A DNA stretch of 64,000 bases from Octopus vulgaris (GCA_951406725.2 OX597830.1:51026001-51090000); one strand, 5' to 3'. Counted from the first letter of the stretch, positions 1 through 12,771 are shown. The notes: generated from the sequence alone by a model not told the origin. A program made the numbers and translations.

Positions 1-68
1 AACAGCAGTCGAAATACGGTTACGCATTTCGCCCGGCGTGCTAACGATTATGTCAGCTCGCCGCCTTT
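1..68 (-). mobile_element. SINE family C, 5' head (continues off window)
   Basis: Reverse complement reads AAGGCGGCGAGCTGACATAATCGTTAGCACGCCGGGCGAAATGCG, matching the head of the full copies at 26880 and 30796. Confidence 0.85.
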
Positions 69-108
69 GATATTGTACCAAAATTAAAAAGAATTGTTAA
101 AAGCAGTA

Positions 109-490
109 GGAGCACTCCGTCGGTTGCGACGATGAGGGTCCCAGCTGGAACGATCAACGGAACAGCTTGCTCGTGATATTAACGTGCAAGTGGCTGAGCA
201 CTCCACAGACACGTGTACCCTTAACGTAGTTCTCGAGGAGATTCAGCGTGACACAGAGTGTGACAAGGCTGGCCCTTTGAAATACAGGTACAAGAGAAAC
301 AGGAAGAAAGAGCGAGAGAAAGTTGTGGTGAAAGAGTACGGCAGGGTTCACCACCACCCCCTGCCGGAGCCTCGTGGAGCTATAGGTGTTTTCGCTCAAT
401 AAACACTCACAATGCCCGGTCTAGGAATCGAAACCACGAACCTCCGACCGCGAGTCCGCTGCCCAAACCACTGGGCCATTGCACCTCCAC
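109..490 (-). mobile_element. tRNA-derived SINE, head A + tail X, full length
   Basis: Minus-strand head GTGGAGGTGCAATGGCCCAGTGG...GGTTTCGATTCC carries A and B boxes. 13-bp TSD GTTAAAAGCAGTA at 96-108 and 491-503. The head recurs at 1555-1759 and 35480-35679. Confidence 0.92.
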
Positions 491-509
491 GTTAAAAGCA
501 GTAAGGAGG

Positions 510-715
510 AGACGAAAAGGTGCAATCGTTAGCGCGTCGAAAAACATGATTAGAATGATTTCTTTCGATTCTTTAGGTACTGAGTTCAAATTCTGCAGGA
601 GCTGGCTTTAACTTTCACCCTTTCAAGGTCGATAACATAATAACAGTCATGTGCTGGAGAATCGATATAATCGACTTTCCCTCCAAATTGCTGAATTTGT
701 AGCAAAATTAGATAG
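510..715 (+). mobile_element. Old diverged SINE family C copy
   Basis: Retains CTGAGTTCAAATTCTG, CTTTCACCCTTTCAAGGTCGATAA and CGATATAATCGACT in family order. Confidence 0.7.
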
Positions 716-1275
716 AATTATTTGAAGTAGCAAGCCGACGGCCCTTGCACAAACAGTGTTTAAACAAGTGTTTCGTTCTTGTTGTGACCAGAAAAGGAAA
801 TATTTAAATGAGTTAATCATTGACAAGTTTAGAGGAATGTCACGTGACATCGTCCAACATTGAGCAGATGGAGATAAATAGCTTGCTTCATTCATTCATT
901 ATGGAAATATTATTTGTATCATTTAGTTGGTCAGTGTAAATTCCTGTCGTGTAAACGAATATTACCTCTCACGCTATGGAGACGTGAATTATTAACAGAA
1001 TCTCTGTTATGGCAGTGATTAATATAGTCAGATATCGATTCTCAATGTCTTTGATATATTTTAGATGTGATATTAGGAATATTTGGATGGGAATTGTGTA
1101 ATAACCTAAATGCCAATCATGGAATAATGTCGTTTGCGTCTATCTGTTTCTTTATGGCGGGGGAACCACTTAATCACGGCATTCATTGTCTGTTTAGCAT
1201 GTTGCAGCATACATAGCTAGCAAATGATCGAGTCGTTAGCACACACATACATACATATATACATACATAGACACA

Positions 1276-1309
<34 letters not shown>

Positions 1310-1449
1310 CATACATGCATAGAGACACGCATAGATGCATTCACACACACATATACTTGCAAATGTTCACACATATATTATTATTTTAGTTATATATATT
1401 TTTGACGACATGAGAGTTATGTAAACTTTCGAGAGAACGTGAAATAGTT

Positions 1450-1759
1450 GTTTTTTGTTTTGTTTCGTTTTGTTTTGTTTTTGGTGGAGAGGTGGAGATA
1501 ATAGTGGTCCTTGAATGTACATCACATGCAGCTGAAAAGAAAAATAAGTCGGGGACAAGAAACAAGAGGAAAGAGTGAGAGAATGTTGGGGCGAAAGAGT
1601 ACAACATGGGTCGCCACGCCCACCCACCCTCTGCCGGAGCCTCATGGAGCTTGAGGTGTTTTCGCTCAATAAACACACACAACGCCCGGTATGGGAATCG
1701 AAACCACGATCCTCCGACCGCGAGTCCGCTGCCCTAACCACGGGGCATTGCGCCTCCAC
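1450..1759 (-). mobile_element. tRNA-derived SINE, head A with a different 3' region and (CAAAA)n-like tail
   Basis: 1555-1759 closely matches 290-490. Downstream on the minus strand it diverges and ends in an A-rich run. The 3' boundary is uncertain. Confidence 0.8.
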
Positions 1760-2182
1760 TGTTGTTGCTGCTGTTGCTGTTGCGGTTAGATTTACTGTTG
1801 CTAGTGTTTCAGTCGTTGTTGTAACTGCTGTAGGATTTTTTATAGCTGTTGCTGCTTCTGTTATTCCTGGTTTGCAATTATAATTACTGTTGTTATTCTT
1901 GCAGTTGTTATTGCTACTGTTGCTGCTGCTGCTGCTGTTGTTGTTGTTGTTATCGTTGTCATTTCACTCCAGCTCAGCTATTATTTTCAAGACCTATAAT
2001 CAAATCCATTTCATGCATGACTATTCATCTTTGTATTTTCTTTCAGATAAATTGTATTTACAAATATATTGCTCCAGCATGGCTGCTGCATTAGGGCTGA
2101 AACACGTAAAGGATTAAGAGAATAACCAAACGTATCCTTCCTTTTTTTCAGAATGTTAGAATGCGATCTGAGGCGGGTTTGT

Positions 2183-2187
2183 TTATC

Positions 2188-2259
<72 letters not shown>

Positions 2260-2264
2260 CATCC

Positions 2265-2347
<83 letters not shown>

Positions 2348-2364
2348 CATCTATCTATCTATTT

Positions 2365-2411
<47 letters not shown>
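2183..2411. repeat. (TATC)n microsatellite
   Basis: Directly visible. Confidence 0.98.
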
Positions 2412-2412
<1 letters not shown>

Positions 2413-2974
2413 AAACCAAAACCTGCCGAAAGGAAAGATGAACGCAGACTATCTGGCTGTATCACGGTTATTCAGAATTTTGTTATTGGTGCTTGTAGTC
2501 CGAGAAGCCAACAGGAAGGGAGAAGGTCTGATATAAAATTGAATATATGAGGAAAGGTATTGGATATCTGTGCATCTTTTCCTTCCGCATGGGATCATTG
2601 CGCATCTCCATTCCTCAGCGAGTAACTTATATTGTCACTAGATATATTGCTTTGCCTTTATCCCTGGATAATGTGAAAAGGGTGAGAGGGCTTATGTCGT
2701 GCAAGCCTTACTGGATACAACATTTTGCATAAATAATGGTCAGTGATTGCCTTTGCTATGTATATGATACCCATCATATACATAGCAAATATATAAGCAG
2801 CAAGCAAACGAGGTGAAATAAAATAGGGTGTATTAGGTTTACGCCCAGAAAATAGAAATTAGAAGGAAGTCTTTTATGCTTCCAGCATAAACTCAGCTTC
2901 TGAAACACGAGGAAAACCTGGAAAAGGAGAAGAAAATGAGTATACATACATACATTCAATAAAAATGCATAAAT

Positions 2975-3135
2975 AACTTATTTTAACGGGTGTAAGGAAA
3001 ACTTTTTTTTTTCAAAAATTAGGTTATAAATCGCTAGTATCATTATCCTTTAATAAAGCGTTTTCCTAAATTTAACCCACCCAAATTAGGGGATTCCTTG
3101 TACACGAAGGTGCCTTATACACATTAAAATACAAT
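2975..3135. mobile_element. Short MITE, probably Tc1/mariner-pogo superfamily
   Basis: TATTTTAACGGGTGTAAGG (2979-2997) matches the reverse complement of 3113-3131 (TATTTTAATGTGTATAAGG) at 16/19. The right end abuts TA repeats. Confidence 0.5.
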
Positions 3136-3195
3136 ATATATTTGTATTTATACTATATATATACATACACATATATATTTATATATATGTACATA

Positions 3196-3229
<34 letters not shown>

Positions 3230-3287
3230 CATTTATATATTATATATATACACACACATATATATTTATATATATTATATATATATA

Positions 3288-3352
<65 letters not shown>

Positions 3353-3412
3353 ATATATATATGTATGTATGTACGTATGTATACATGTATATGTACATAG
3401 GCATTTGAATGA

Positions 3413-3465
<53 letters not shown>
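3135..3465. repeat. Compound (TA)n/(TG)n microsatellite
   Basis: Directly visible. Confidence 0.97.
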
Positions 3466-3467
<2 letters not shown>

Positions 3468-4253
3468 CATACAAATGAGACTATTTACAAGTGAACAAAC
3501 GTTAAGTAAATACAAAGACAAGTAAATAAATAAAATATTGATTGATTAATTGTATAGGAAATATGAATTAGTGATTTTTTTCCTCTTTCTCATTTTCGTT
3601 TTGATTCTCTAACATAATATTTAGGAATATTAAATTTAAATCGTATCGATAAATATTTTAAGCTAAATATTTAGAGAAATATTCTTTTGTCACATTAACT
3701 TGTTTTTCATATTCATCAAAGAGAAACAAAATTCCGTTGAATTTCTCCTTCTCTCTCTCAACCACTCTCTCTTTCTCTATATTTCACTATCTTTATCTTT
3801 CTCTGTTTCTTTTCCTTTTTCTCTATTCTATCATTTTTCTCAGTTTGTACGGAGAAATAAGTCACATAGTGTCTGCACTTTGATCAAGCATTAATATTTT
3901 CTAATGTATGTTATTTATCTTAAGCAAAAGAGCAGCAAAGCAAAACAAAAACTATATATATATAAAATAATGAATAACAGTAAATAAAACTAAGTCAAGC
4001 AAAATGAAAACGAGTCCAAAATATACAATAACCTACTTCTACTGAAGATAATGGACATATTGTTTAGAACATAAGAAATTATTGGATATTTGAGAGAATC
4101 ATTATTTTATTCTACTATTTTCCTTTCTTTAAGTGATTACTACCCAGCCAAACTTATTGCTGATGTTTTCCAGATAATAAACATAAATATTGTACAGAAC
4201 TTAGAATGGTTTTGCTGCTTTCCACTATCTACCCAAAACGAAAACGTTCAAGT

Positions 4254-4430
<177 letters not shown>

Positions 4431-6031
4431 TTCATAAAACACAAATAAAAGTTGCACATATATTAGGCTGGTATATGATGCAATAAATATGAAATATTAC
4501 TAAGAGATGAAAAGGCAGGAAGCGACAAATTTGCGCATCAGAAAAGTGTTAAATGAAATGCCGCACGGTATTTGTATCGATCCTCTGCTCTCCGAGTTCA
4601 AGTCCTGCCCAGATCGCATTTTCCTTTTATTTTTTTCACAATCAATAATGTACCGGTCCAGAGTCATGGATTTATTACATGGTAGTGAGAGTTGCATGGA
4701 ATTGGTTTATGTTCCGTGTCTTTGTATAAAACATCACCACCCGACCTTCAGTGCTTTTAGTGTAATTTACTCTGTAAAAAAAACATTAAGGCAACTTTGC
4801 TATTTTTAATATTAGAAAATTTCGAGCTCTACTCGAGAGAAGAATTCACCACTGAATTTTCAGACCCCTGCTAGTACTCTCACAGGTGCTCCATATACTT
4901 AACCCCACTTCAAGAGAGGATCTCTCTTGATGACCACACAACCTTAATTTAGTAAAAACCACATCCCTAAAACAAAACATTTCAGCCCACAACAGCTGTT
5001 AACATACTACAATGTTCAGGTGAGACTCACATTGGAGTGCTGTGTCCATTGAAAGGTGATACATCTTTTGCAGCTTTAACTAATGAAATTAAATCGTTTC
5101 GTTTGACATAGTGTATACAGACAAAGTGAAGGAGAAATAGGACAGATTTTTGACGATATGGATTCACAAGCTACTTTTCCAGTGGTTGAGATAACAATGG
5201 ACTTATCGGAACTAGCGTTAATCAAAATTCTAGTCGGGTTCTGATTCTAAATGCTCATTACCAATATATATTTTACAGAATATTTAGTATTAAAATTTTT
5301 TAAATCATAAGATAAAGCGCAGATTTCTTAGGGCTTCATTTTTGGTGAAATCTAGGTATTTCTTTTGGTCATGCACAGATGGAAAATACAAGCACACACA
5401 TGCACACTCTCACTCACACACAAATACACACACATTCACACACACGTACACATATATTCACACACACATATACGTATATTCACGCACACATACACATACG
5501 CACACGCGTATCCAGCAATTAGTAATGAAGAATCTCATAAGATATTTCGTTTGAAATTATCATTAAAGAAATCTCAACGTGGCAGAGGTCGAAGATCAAC
5601 CAGGTGGAGTTAATTTAGTCACCAGGCAACTCGTATCGACGCAGTAATTGGAAACCAGATCCCTAATCTAAGGAAATAGTTGATAGATTAACAGGGTTTC
5701 CCATAATTACACTTGTCCAATTTACAAACCAGTGGCATTAATTAACAGAGAAATGAAGATTAAGTTAAGAACTGATTATTTTCGTCATGAAAGTAGCAGA
5801 ACAGTGTTAACAAAGGAAGAGTAAATAACATTGTTTGATAAAGAGGATAGAAAATGGGAACCAGAGCATCAAGGGCACTTCACTGGATTAACACTTTACG
5901 GACAAAGGGAACCAATAAAACTCACACTTCATTGAAGGCTCATTGAGCTGGTAAGAGCAAAATCTCAATTTATATAAAAAAAGAACATCTTCAACATTAA
6001 TTAATCTTTATAATACATAATTACATATACA

Positions 6032-6117
<86 letters not shown>

Positions 6118-6425
6118 GAGAGGCATTAGTGTCAAGAAGACCCAAAGGTATCTTGATTTGACCTTACAAACTCATTCCCAACTTTTAAGATACTTCAAAA
6201 CAAATAAAACCCTCGATCGAATAACACCGTTTGCAAGACTCTATGCTTGGAATGACCAATTATAAACACCTTTGGAACTCACACACAAGGTACAGAAAAC
6301 TTATATATACATCATGCTGCTTAAATAATGGAACTGCAAATATAATATCCTTACGTATCTCACGTGTGTCTTCATTCCTCCACTTCACTCAGTATTTCAT
6401 ATCTTCTCTATAATAACTATTACTT

Positions 6426-6487
6426 AAATGAAGCTGTAATGGATGACCAGTGGTCCCGTGCTGCTGTCATCCATTACAGCTTCATTT
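6426..6487. repeat. Perfect 22-bp inverted repeat with 18-nt loop
   Basis: AAATGAAGCTGTAATGGATGAC (6426-6447) / GTCATCCATTACAGCTTCATTT (6466-6487). Confidence 0.97.
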
Positions 6488-6631
6488 GACCACTTGTTGA
6501 AATAAGGGATAATGCTCCGAAAACCATTATAAACTCACGATAAAGACACGCACGAGCAATGCAATGAACATATGAGAAACAGGCTTACCTTTGCGTTGAA
6601 TACATCAATAAGTTCAATAAGTAATGTATAT

Positions 6632-6692
6632 ATCAATATCAGTTGATTTCACGCTTTGCATGACATATGTACTCTGCGTTCTTCCGTTGAAA
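6632..6692 (-). ncRNA. Degenerate minimal type I hammerhead ribozyme motif
   Basis: TTCAA-CGGAAGA-ACGC...GCGT-GAAA-TCAACTGA-TA-TTGA. Stems I, II and III are present; core U4 is changed to G. Confidence 0.65.
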
Positions 6693-6965
6693 ATAATATT
6701 TTCACTTTTATTTTTTAAATATTCACTACATTAACTCGTGTGCGTTCCTCACCGTTCCTTATTTTAGACGTCCCGCTCCATTTAAAAGAAAACTTTAGTG
6801 AGCAAGAAAAACAACTTAAATAAAAAGTATCATTGCTGTTATAAGTAGTATCAATAAGGTGATAACAAGGTGGCTAGTAAGTCCATACTGTTACAGGCAC
6901 AATAAAGTAAGGAACGCACACGAGCTAATGAAACGAATATTTTAGAAATAAATGTTAAAATGTTA

Positions 6966-7028
6966 TTTTCATTTGAAGATCGCAGAGTATGTTTGTCATG
7001 CAAAGCGTGAAATTAATTGATAACGAAA
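6966..7028 (+). ncRNA. Degenerate minimal type I hammerhead ribozyme motif
   Basis: TTTCAT-TTGAAGA-TCGC...GCGT-GAAA-TTAATTGA-TA-ACGAAA. Core C3 is changed to T; stem III is near-palindromic. Confidence 0.65.
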
Positions 7029-7168
7029 TATACATTACTTACTGATGAATTCAACGGAAAAGGTAAACCTGTTTCTCATATGCTCATTACACTGTTCGTG
7101 TGTATCTTTATCGCTTTTGGAGCATTAGCGCTGATTTTAGCAAGTAGTATTATATACCCTACTGAATC

Positions 7169-7195
<27 letters not shown>

Positions 7196-7199
<4 letters not shown>

Positions 7200-7800
7200 T
7201 TAAGAAAACAAATTCAAAGGCCGTTGTATACATTCGTTCAATCTATATTAACGAAATTCTGCATGGTATACAAAGTACATACATAGATGTATTCATCAAT
7301 ATGATATATAAAAAATTTCTAAGAATTTATATACACATACATATACACGAAAATTTATAAATATATAAAAAGTGTAAGTCAATAAATGTACTTACATGTA
7401 TAAAGTCTATATATACATAGACTTTATACATGTTCCAGATTCCTTATGAATCATTGTACATCCGCTTTATCATCCTCTCCATTCGGACTTACACTTTTTA
7501 TATATTTATATTTATGAATCTTTATGTGTTTATAAATATTTAGATGTTTATGAATTTTTATGTATTTATAACTCATCGTGTATATTTATGTATTTGTAAA
7601 TTCTTAGAAATTTTTATATAGCATATAGATGAATGCATCGATGTATGTACGTTGTACACCACGGAGAATTTCGATAATATGGATTGAATGAATATATAAA
7701 TCGGCGTTTGAATTTCCTTTCTCCTCTCCTTAATTTTATATTCCTGAAGCGCTATCAGAGTGTTAATCGGTTGAGCTGTATAAAGTGGATACCTATACCA
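7196..7800. mobile_element. Long imperfect inverted repeat between (TA)n tracts, probable Penelope-type non-autonomous element
   Basis: 7196-7380 is reverse-complementary to about 7486-7740. An inner perfect 17-bp hairpin ACATGTATAAAGTCTAT/ATAGACTTTATACATGT lies at 7394-7433. The classification is inferred from architecture. Confidence 0.65.
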
Positions 7801-7814
7801 CTTATTTCTTCATT

Positions 7815-7944
<130 letters not shown>

Positions 7945-7989
7945 GCACGTTTATAAATTTATGTTATAAAGATTCCTGATTTCGGAATT

Positions 7990-8358
7990 TTGCATGTATA
8001 GGAACAGGAGCGAAGAGAGAAGATTAGTTCTTGTTTACGGAGAAGGCGGGAGTCCTGATAGCCCCTGGGCAAAGACAATCTGAACATTATAACACAGGTT
8101 TATACCGAATGACTGGTAAAGCGAGACCGGGGTGTGATTGCCGAGACTGAAGTCTTGGAGGTGCTCCGTGAACCGTTCAGCCAAGCGGGTTCCCGTTTGA
8201 CTGATGTACAGAGAAGTACAGAAAGAGCATGAGATGCAGTAAATGACATTGCTAGAAGTGCAGGTAAAGAAGTCGGTGACAAGAGAGGGACGATGATGGG
8301 TGCCTATGAGAATGGTGGTGTTAGAGAGGTAGGGGCAAGTGCAAAAGCGTGGGCGAGG
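7990..8358 (-). pseudogene. Penelope-like retroelement GIY-YIG endonuclease fragment
   Basis: CTCPYL...FTCTSSNVIYCISCSFCTSLYISQTGTRLAERFTEH...PV, then after a frameshift SRLLRKQELIFSLRS. This is the typical PLE Cys-rich linker plus GIY-YIG C-terminus. Confidence 0.9.
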
Positions 8359-8399
<41 letters not shown>

Positions 8400-8773
8400 A
8401 AAGGTATATCAGACGATAAATCTTCAAAACCCGAAAGAACACAATAGACGAAGTGCACATACACACACACACACCACACGCACGTATACATCCGTATATA
8501 TATATATATATGTGTGTGTGTATGTATGTATGTATACATGTATGTATTTATGTATGTGTATATCATCACAGCTGGAATAACTTTAACCACATGCCTTCTC
8601 AATCGGAGCCGATCTGTGTCTAGACAACAACAGCGATAGCAAGTAAAAACTAAGAAGACCAACTGCGAATTTCAAGTGAACATCTTTCAAAAAGCTATTT
8701 AAATTTTGAAATAGTAAAATCAATTTAAACATACAGGAATACACACACACATGCACAAAAACACACACTCACA

Positions 8774-8853
<80 letters not shown>

Positions 8854-9351
8854 TTAAATCTGGATAAATGTATTTCCATATGCATAGACAATTTAAATAT
8901 ACGTTACAGCAGAAAAACCAGAAAACGTGTTATATAAATACTTGGCTTTATGATGTGGCTTGAATTATAAAGCTGTGCGATTAGAAACTTGACTAATTCG
9001 ATTTTAAATATCTCTATCGTTTTATTACGAGTAGTTAGATGTAATTATGAGCTTTTTCATCCAGGAGATATAGGATTTTAAATATGTTATGTGCATGATT
9101 GTGTGTGGCTCTGACGAAAACTGATATTTATATAATTGATAGATCGTATAGTACATGACTTTATTACTCTGTGGATGGTCACAAAAAAAATAATCTATGT
9201 ATTTAGTAGCATTCTGAATATATATTACTTCTAACTTAGCAAATAAACCTAAGAAAATATTATGTCTATCTTTCTATCTATTTCTCTCTCTCCCCCTTCT
9301 CTCTTTCCATCCCCCTCTCTCTTTCTCTCTCTCTTTATATATATATATATA

Positions 9352-9410
<59 letters not shown>

Positions 9411-9413
<3 letters not shown>

Positions 9414-9678
9414 GGCTTAGCAGTTCGGGTGTTGCACTCACGATTACGAGATCGTAGGTTCGATTCCCAGACTGGGCTTGCATTGTGTTCTTAAGCAAAA
9501 CACTTCATTTCACATATGTCTGCGATGAGTTCGACATCTGACGCAAGGCACCCAGCTGCATCTGTACGGATAATGTCGATTTGATGGAAGGAGTAAGCTT
9601 ATGTCTACGCAAACATTTGATCACTATAAACAAATTATGTTTGCGGCTGTTCGGTAAGAAATTTTCGAACGCTTACAC
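9411..9678 (+). mobile_element. tRNA-derived CORE-like SINE, head B + tail W
   Basis: TGGCTTAGCAG...GGTTCGATTCCC head, then TGTGTTCTTAAGCAAAACACTT. The tail CATTTGATCACTATAAACAAAT is shared with 36585-36850. Confidence 0.8.
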
Positions 9679-10044
9679 GTTTCTTCCAGAGTGTTGTTTC
9701 GATGAGGAAGTTTTTGCCTCTTTCTCAAAGGCTGTCATTACTTTCAAGACAGTACTTCTTGGTATACCAAACATTTCTGCTGTTTTCGTTACGCTAGCCC
9801 CTGGCATACGAGCACCAACAATTTGACCTCTTTGAAAGTCTGATAGATCTGTCATTTTAGAGATTTTTAATTACCTTTTTCTGATGATATCTGAAAAGAA
9901 ACAGCAATTTTAGCAAAACGTATTAAGCAACAATAATAATAAACCATAAAATATAAAAATAAACAAGCTTTTGACGGTTTTTTAGATATTTCAACATGTT
10001 GCTGCTGTGATGCTAGATGTTTCCATTATTTTATCCAACCCCTG
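9679..10044 (-). mobile_element. Tc1-like transposon 5' fragment (TIR + transposase N-terminal HTH)
   Basis: Terminus TA|CAGGGGTTGGATAAAATAATGGAAAC at 10044. ORF from 9855 reads MTDLSDFQRGQIVGARMPGASVTKTAEMFGIPRSTVLKV...SGR. Confidence 0.9.
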
Positions 10045-10079
<35 letters not shown>

Positions 10080-10789
10080 CAAAAGGATGTGCTATAATAC
10101 TATTCCACAGCCATACTAACCATCCAGCATACCTCCATCATCAGCTGCCCCACGAATATCATTATGGTTTCGACACCTGGGTAGTACCATTCAATCCGGC
10201 GGTGTCAGCAGCACTAAAATAAGTATTGCTTGGGCAAAAGCAAACCAAAAGAAACCACAACTTTCAAACACATTATACCTTATGTACAAACGTAACGATA
10301 AATAAATTGAATGAGTAAATTACAATTATCCCTAAATACGTAACTAATCAGCGACAAATCTGTTAAGTCATACGAAATTTATAATCCCTAGCGTCTTCCG
10401 TAGTATAATATAAAAGTAAAAACTTAGTAACCACATTATTTCAATCAATCAATATATAGTCAAGATTAAACTCTAACTTTAATAAAAAAACTACGACAAA
10501 GAAACGTATAAACCAATGTACATTGTATCGGTATTAATAGTAAGCTGCAATAACTGAATCATATGTTAAATGGCGATGAGTCTTTAAGTCCATATAAATA
10601 ATCCCACCGGTCTTCCATAGATATTATAATGAAAGTTCAACCTTAAAACTATTTTCCAAAACACGATTGCAATTAATTTAACGAGGACATTTGGTAATTT
10701 AATAAACCATCTCTAATCTAACACAAAAGCAAATGGATTTTAATAATGATAAAAATGCTCTCATGTACTTAATAAGTTTTCTTATAAGA

Positions 10790-12110
10790 ATATTCTATGA
10801 ATACCACTCCAACTTCGATCATTGCTTCTATGCTAAACTGGAATCGTTGGACATGCTTGCAGTAAATGGTGAATTCGCGTGCCTCAGTGGTAAGCGCTAT
10901 CGGCCCATGATCTTAAGGTCGTGAGTTCGATTCCCGGCTGCACATTGTGTCTTTAAGCAAGACACTTTATTTCAAGCTTCTCCAATCCACTCGAGTGGCA
11001 AAGATTAGTTGTACCTGTAATTCACAGGGCCAATCTTGTCACATTCTGTGTCACGCTGAATCTCCCTAAGAGCTACATCAAGGCTACGCGTATGTTTGGA
11101 GTGCTCAGCCACTTACATATTAATTTCACGAGCAAACTGTTCTGTTGATCGGATCAACTGAGACACTCGCCGTTGTAACGGAGAGAATGCCAGTTAACTA
11201 AATAGTTCACATTCACGCTGGCCATCATCTGGACAATGGCGTCCTTCTATGAATCTATAGTATAGAGAGGATGTTCATCAGTCTGCCTCTCAATAGCACT
11301 TCAAATATAATAGTCCATAGGATTTAAACATTAAAGATTTGGAGACCACAAGTCTGGTATCAAATGATCGTAAAGAATGTTTGATATCCATTTTTGAGCT
11401 GCATAGTCTTTGTGAGAATGTATGTGTGATATTCCACAGCATATTTCATCTACTCAGAGGTTCATAATTGTTATTAATTCTAAGACCCTATGGAAAGATG
11501 AGAGATGACATGACATGACATGACCTTTGTTATTCACCGCCCATAAAAATATCTCAGTTACTGGAAACTTAAAGTGTTTCAATCTTGGGTCACCAGAAGG
11601 ATCTGGACGTAACCATCTGTCATTTCTTCTGATAGGCTTTTTGTCTTAATTTATACTTTTGTCATCAGAATTGAACCAAAGCATACCATTTCCGTGAAGT
11701 CTTTTAACCGTGTTAAATAAACGATTGATACACACCAGGGGGATTTCTTGGCATGATTTGCCCTTTCCTCACTGGATACGACTTGTGTCGAATGTCTTCG
11801 ACCACTACAGATCTGATAGTCCACACGTAAAATTCTTTCGCAGTAGGTCCCATTAATTTTCTGGGATCATCGTAAGTAATGTAGTGAGCTGGTTTGATGA
11901 ATTGCATTGTGCTTATGGTGTTCAAACGTTTAGTGTTGTTTTTATCGCTGATACATTTGAAATATTCCCGCTACAGACTTTCAGTTCTATCTGATCTTTG
12001 AGTAGAAAAGATCTTACAACAGCTAGAGACTTGGAAATTTCGAAATCCTGCGTTCTGCACATGTGACAACTACGACTGCATATCGTTTCATTTCTAGTGA
12101 TTGCGTCTTA
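10790..12110 (-). pseudogene. Decayed DD37D (maT/Bmmar1-like) Tc1/mariner transposase, interrupted by a SINE
   Basis: Frameshifted minus-strand peptides in order: EMKRYAVVV, DDPRKLM..AKE..TIRSVVVEDIRHKSY..RKGQ, GMLWFNSDDK, RRNDRWL..DP, KFP..NNKGHVM, DLWSPN..LNPMDYYI..IERQT, RFQFSIEAMIE..FIE. Confidence 0.85.
10872..11193 (+). mobile_element. tRNA-derived CORE-like SINE, head B + tail X
   Basis: GCCTCAGTGG...GAGTTCGATTCCC head and CORE-like TGTGTCTTTAAGCAAGACACTTTATTTC. The tail (GTCACGCTGAATCTCC, GGAGTGCTCAGCCACTT) matches the reverse complement of 109-290. Confidence 0.88.
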
Positions 12111-12429
12111 ACTACTATGAGGGATTAATACAATATATTTTTAAAATTGGTATAAAAGGAGTAATACATTCCTAATTCTGTGTCCTCAAATACCTCTCGT
12201 ACACACTAATATTTATACTAACATTTGCATAAATATTATCCCCCCTTTCACTCTCTCTCTATCTCTCTCTATCTCTGTTTTAAAGACAGAAAGAGACGAT
12301 GGAAGATTATTTTAGTACAATACTTATCAAGATACATAATGCATTAAATCTATATTAGTTGCTATATTGATATCAAATGCAAGCACAAATGTATATGTAC
12401 AAACACATTCAATCGTAAAAACACTCACG

Positions 12430-12509
12430 CATATACATCTCACGTCATACACAGATATGCAAGTATATAGACATACATATAATACACTGAAAACAATACA
12501 TACGTATAA

Positions 12510-12575
<66 letters not shown>

Positions 12576-12721
12576 TGTATATGAATATATATATATATAT
12601 ATATAAATATAATATATATATATGGATATAATATATAATATATATATAATGGATATATATAAATATATATATATATATATTGTGTGTGTGTGTGTGTGTA
12701 TATGTATGTAAATATATATGC

Positions 12722-12771
<50 letters not shown>

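Larger units (their letters stand above)
6490..7150. mobile_element. Long imperfect inverted repeat carrying degenerate hammerhead motifs (Penelope-type non-autonomous element)
   Basis: The reverse complement of about 6490-6760 aligns with about 6908-7148 (shared blocks AGGAACGCACACGAG, GTCATGCAAAGCGTGAAAT, CCTGTTTCTCATATG). Confidence 0.8.

Noticed and set aside
415-490. tRNA-like sequences (also at 1690-1759, 19865-19936, 35605-35679)
   Set aside because: They are SINE heads joined to shared bodies and, in some cases, TSDs; no evidence of stand-alone tRNA genes.
7042-7075. CTGATGA...GAAA motif
   Set aside because: There is no stem II closing pair and no UH after the hairpin, and the opposite arm lacks the motif.
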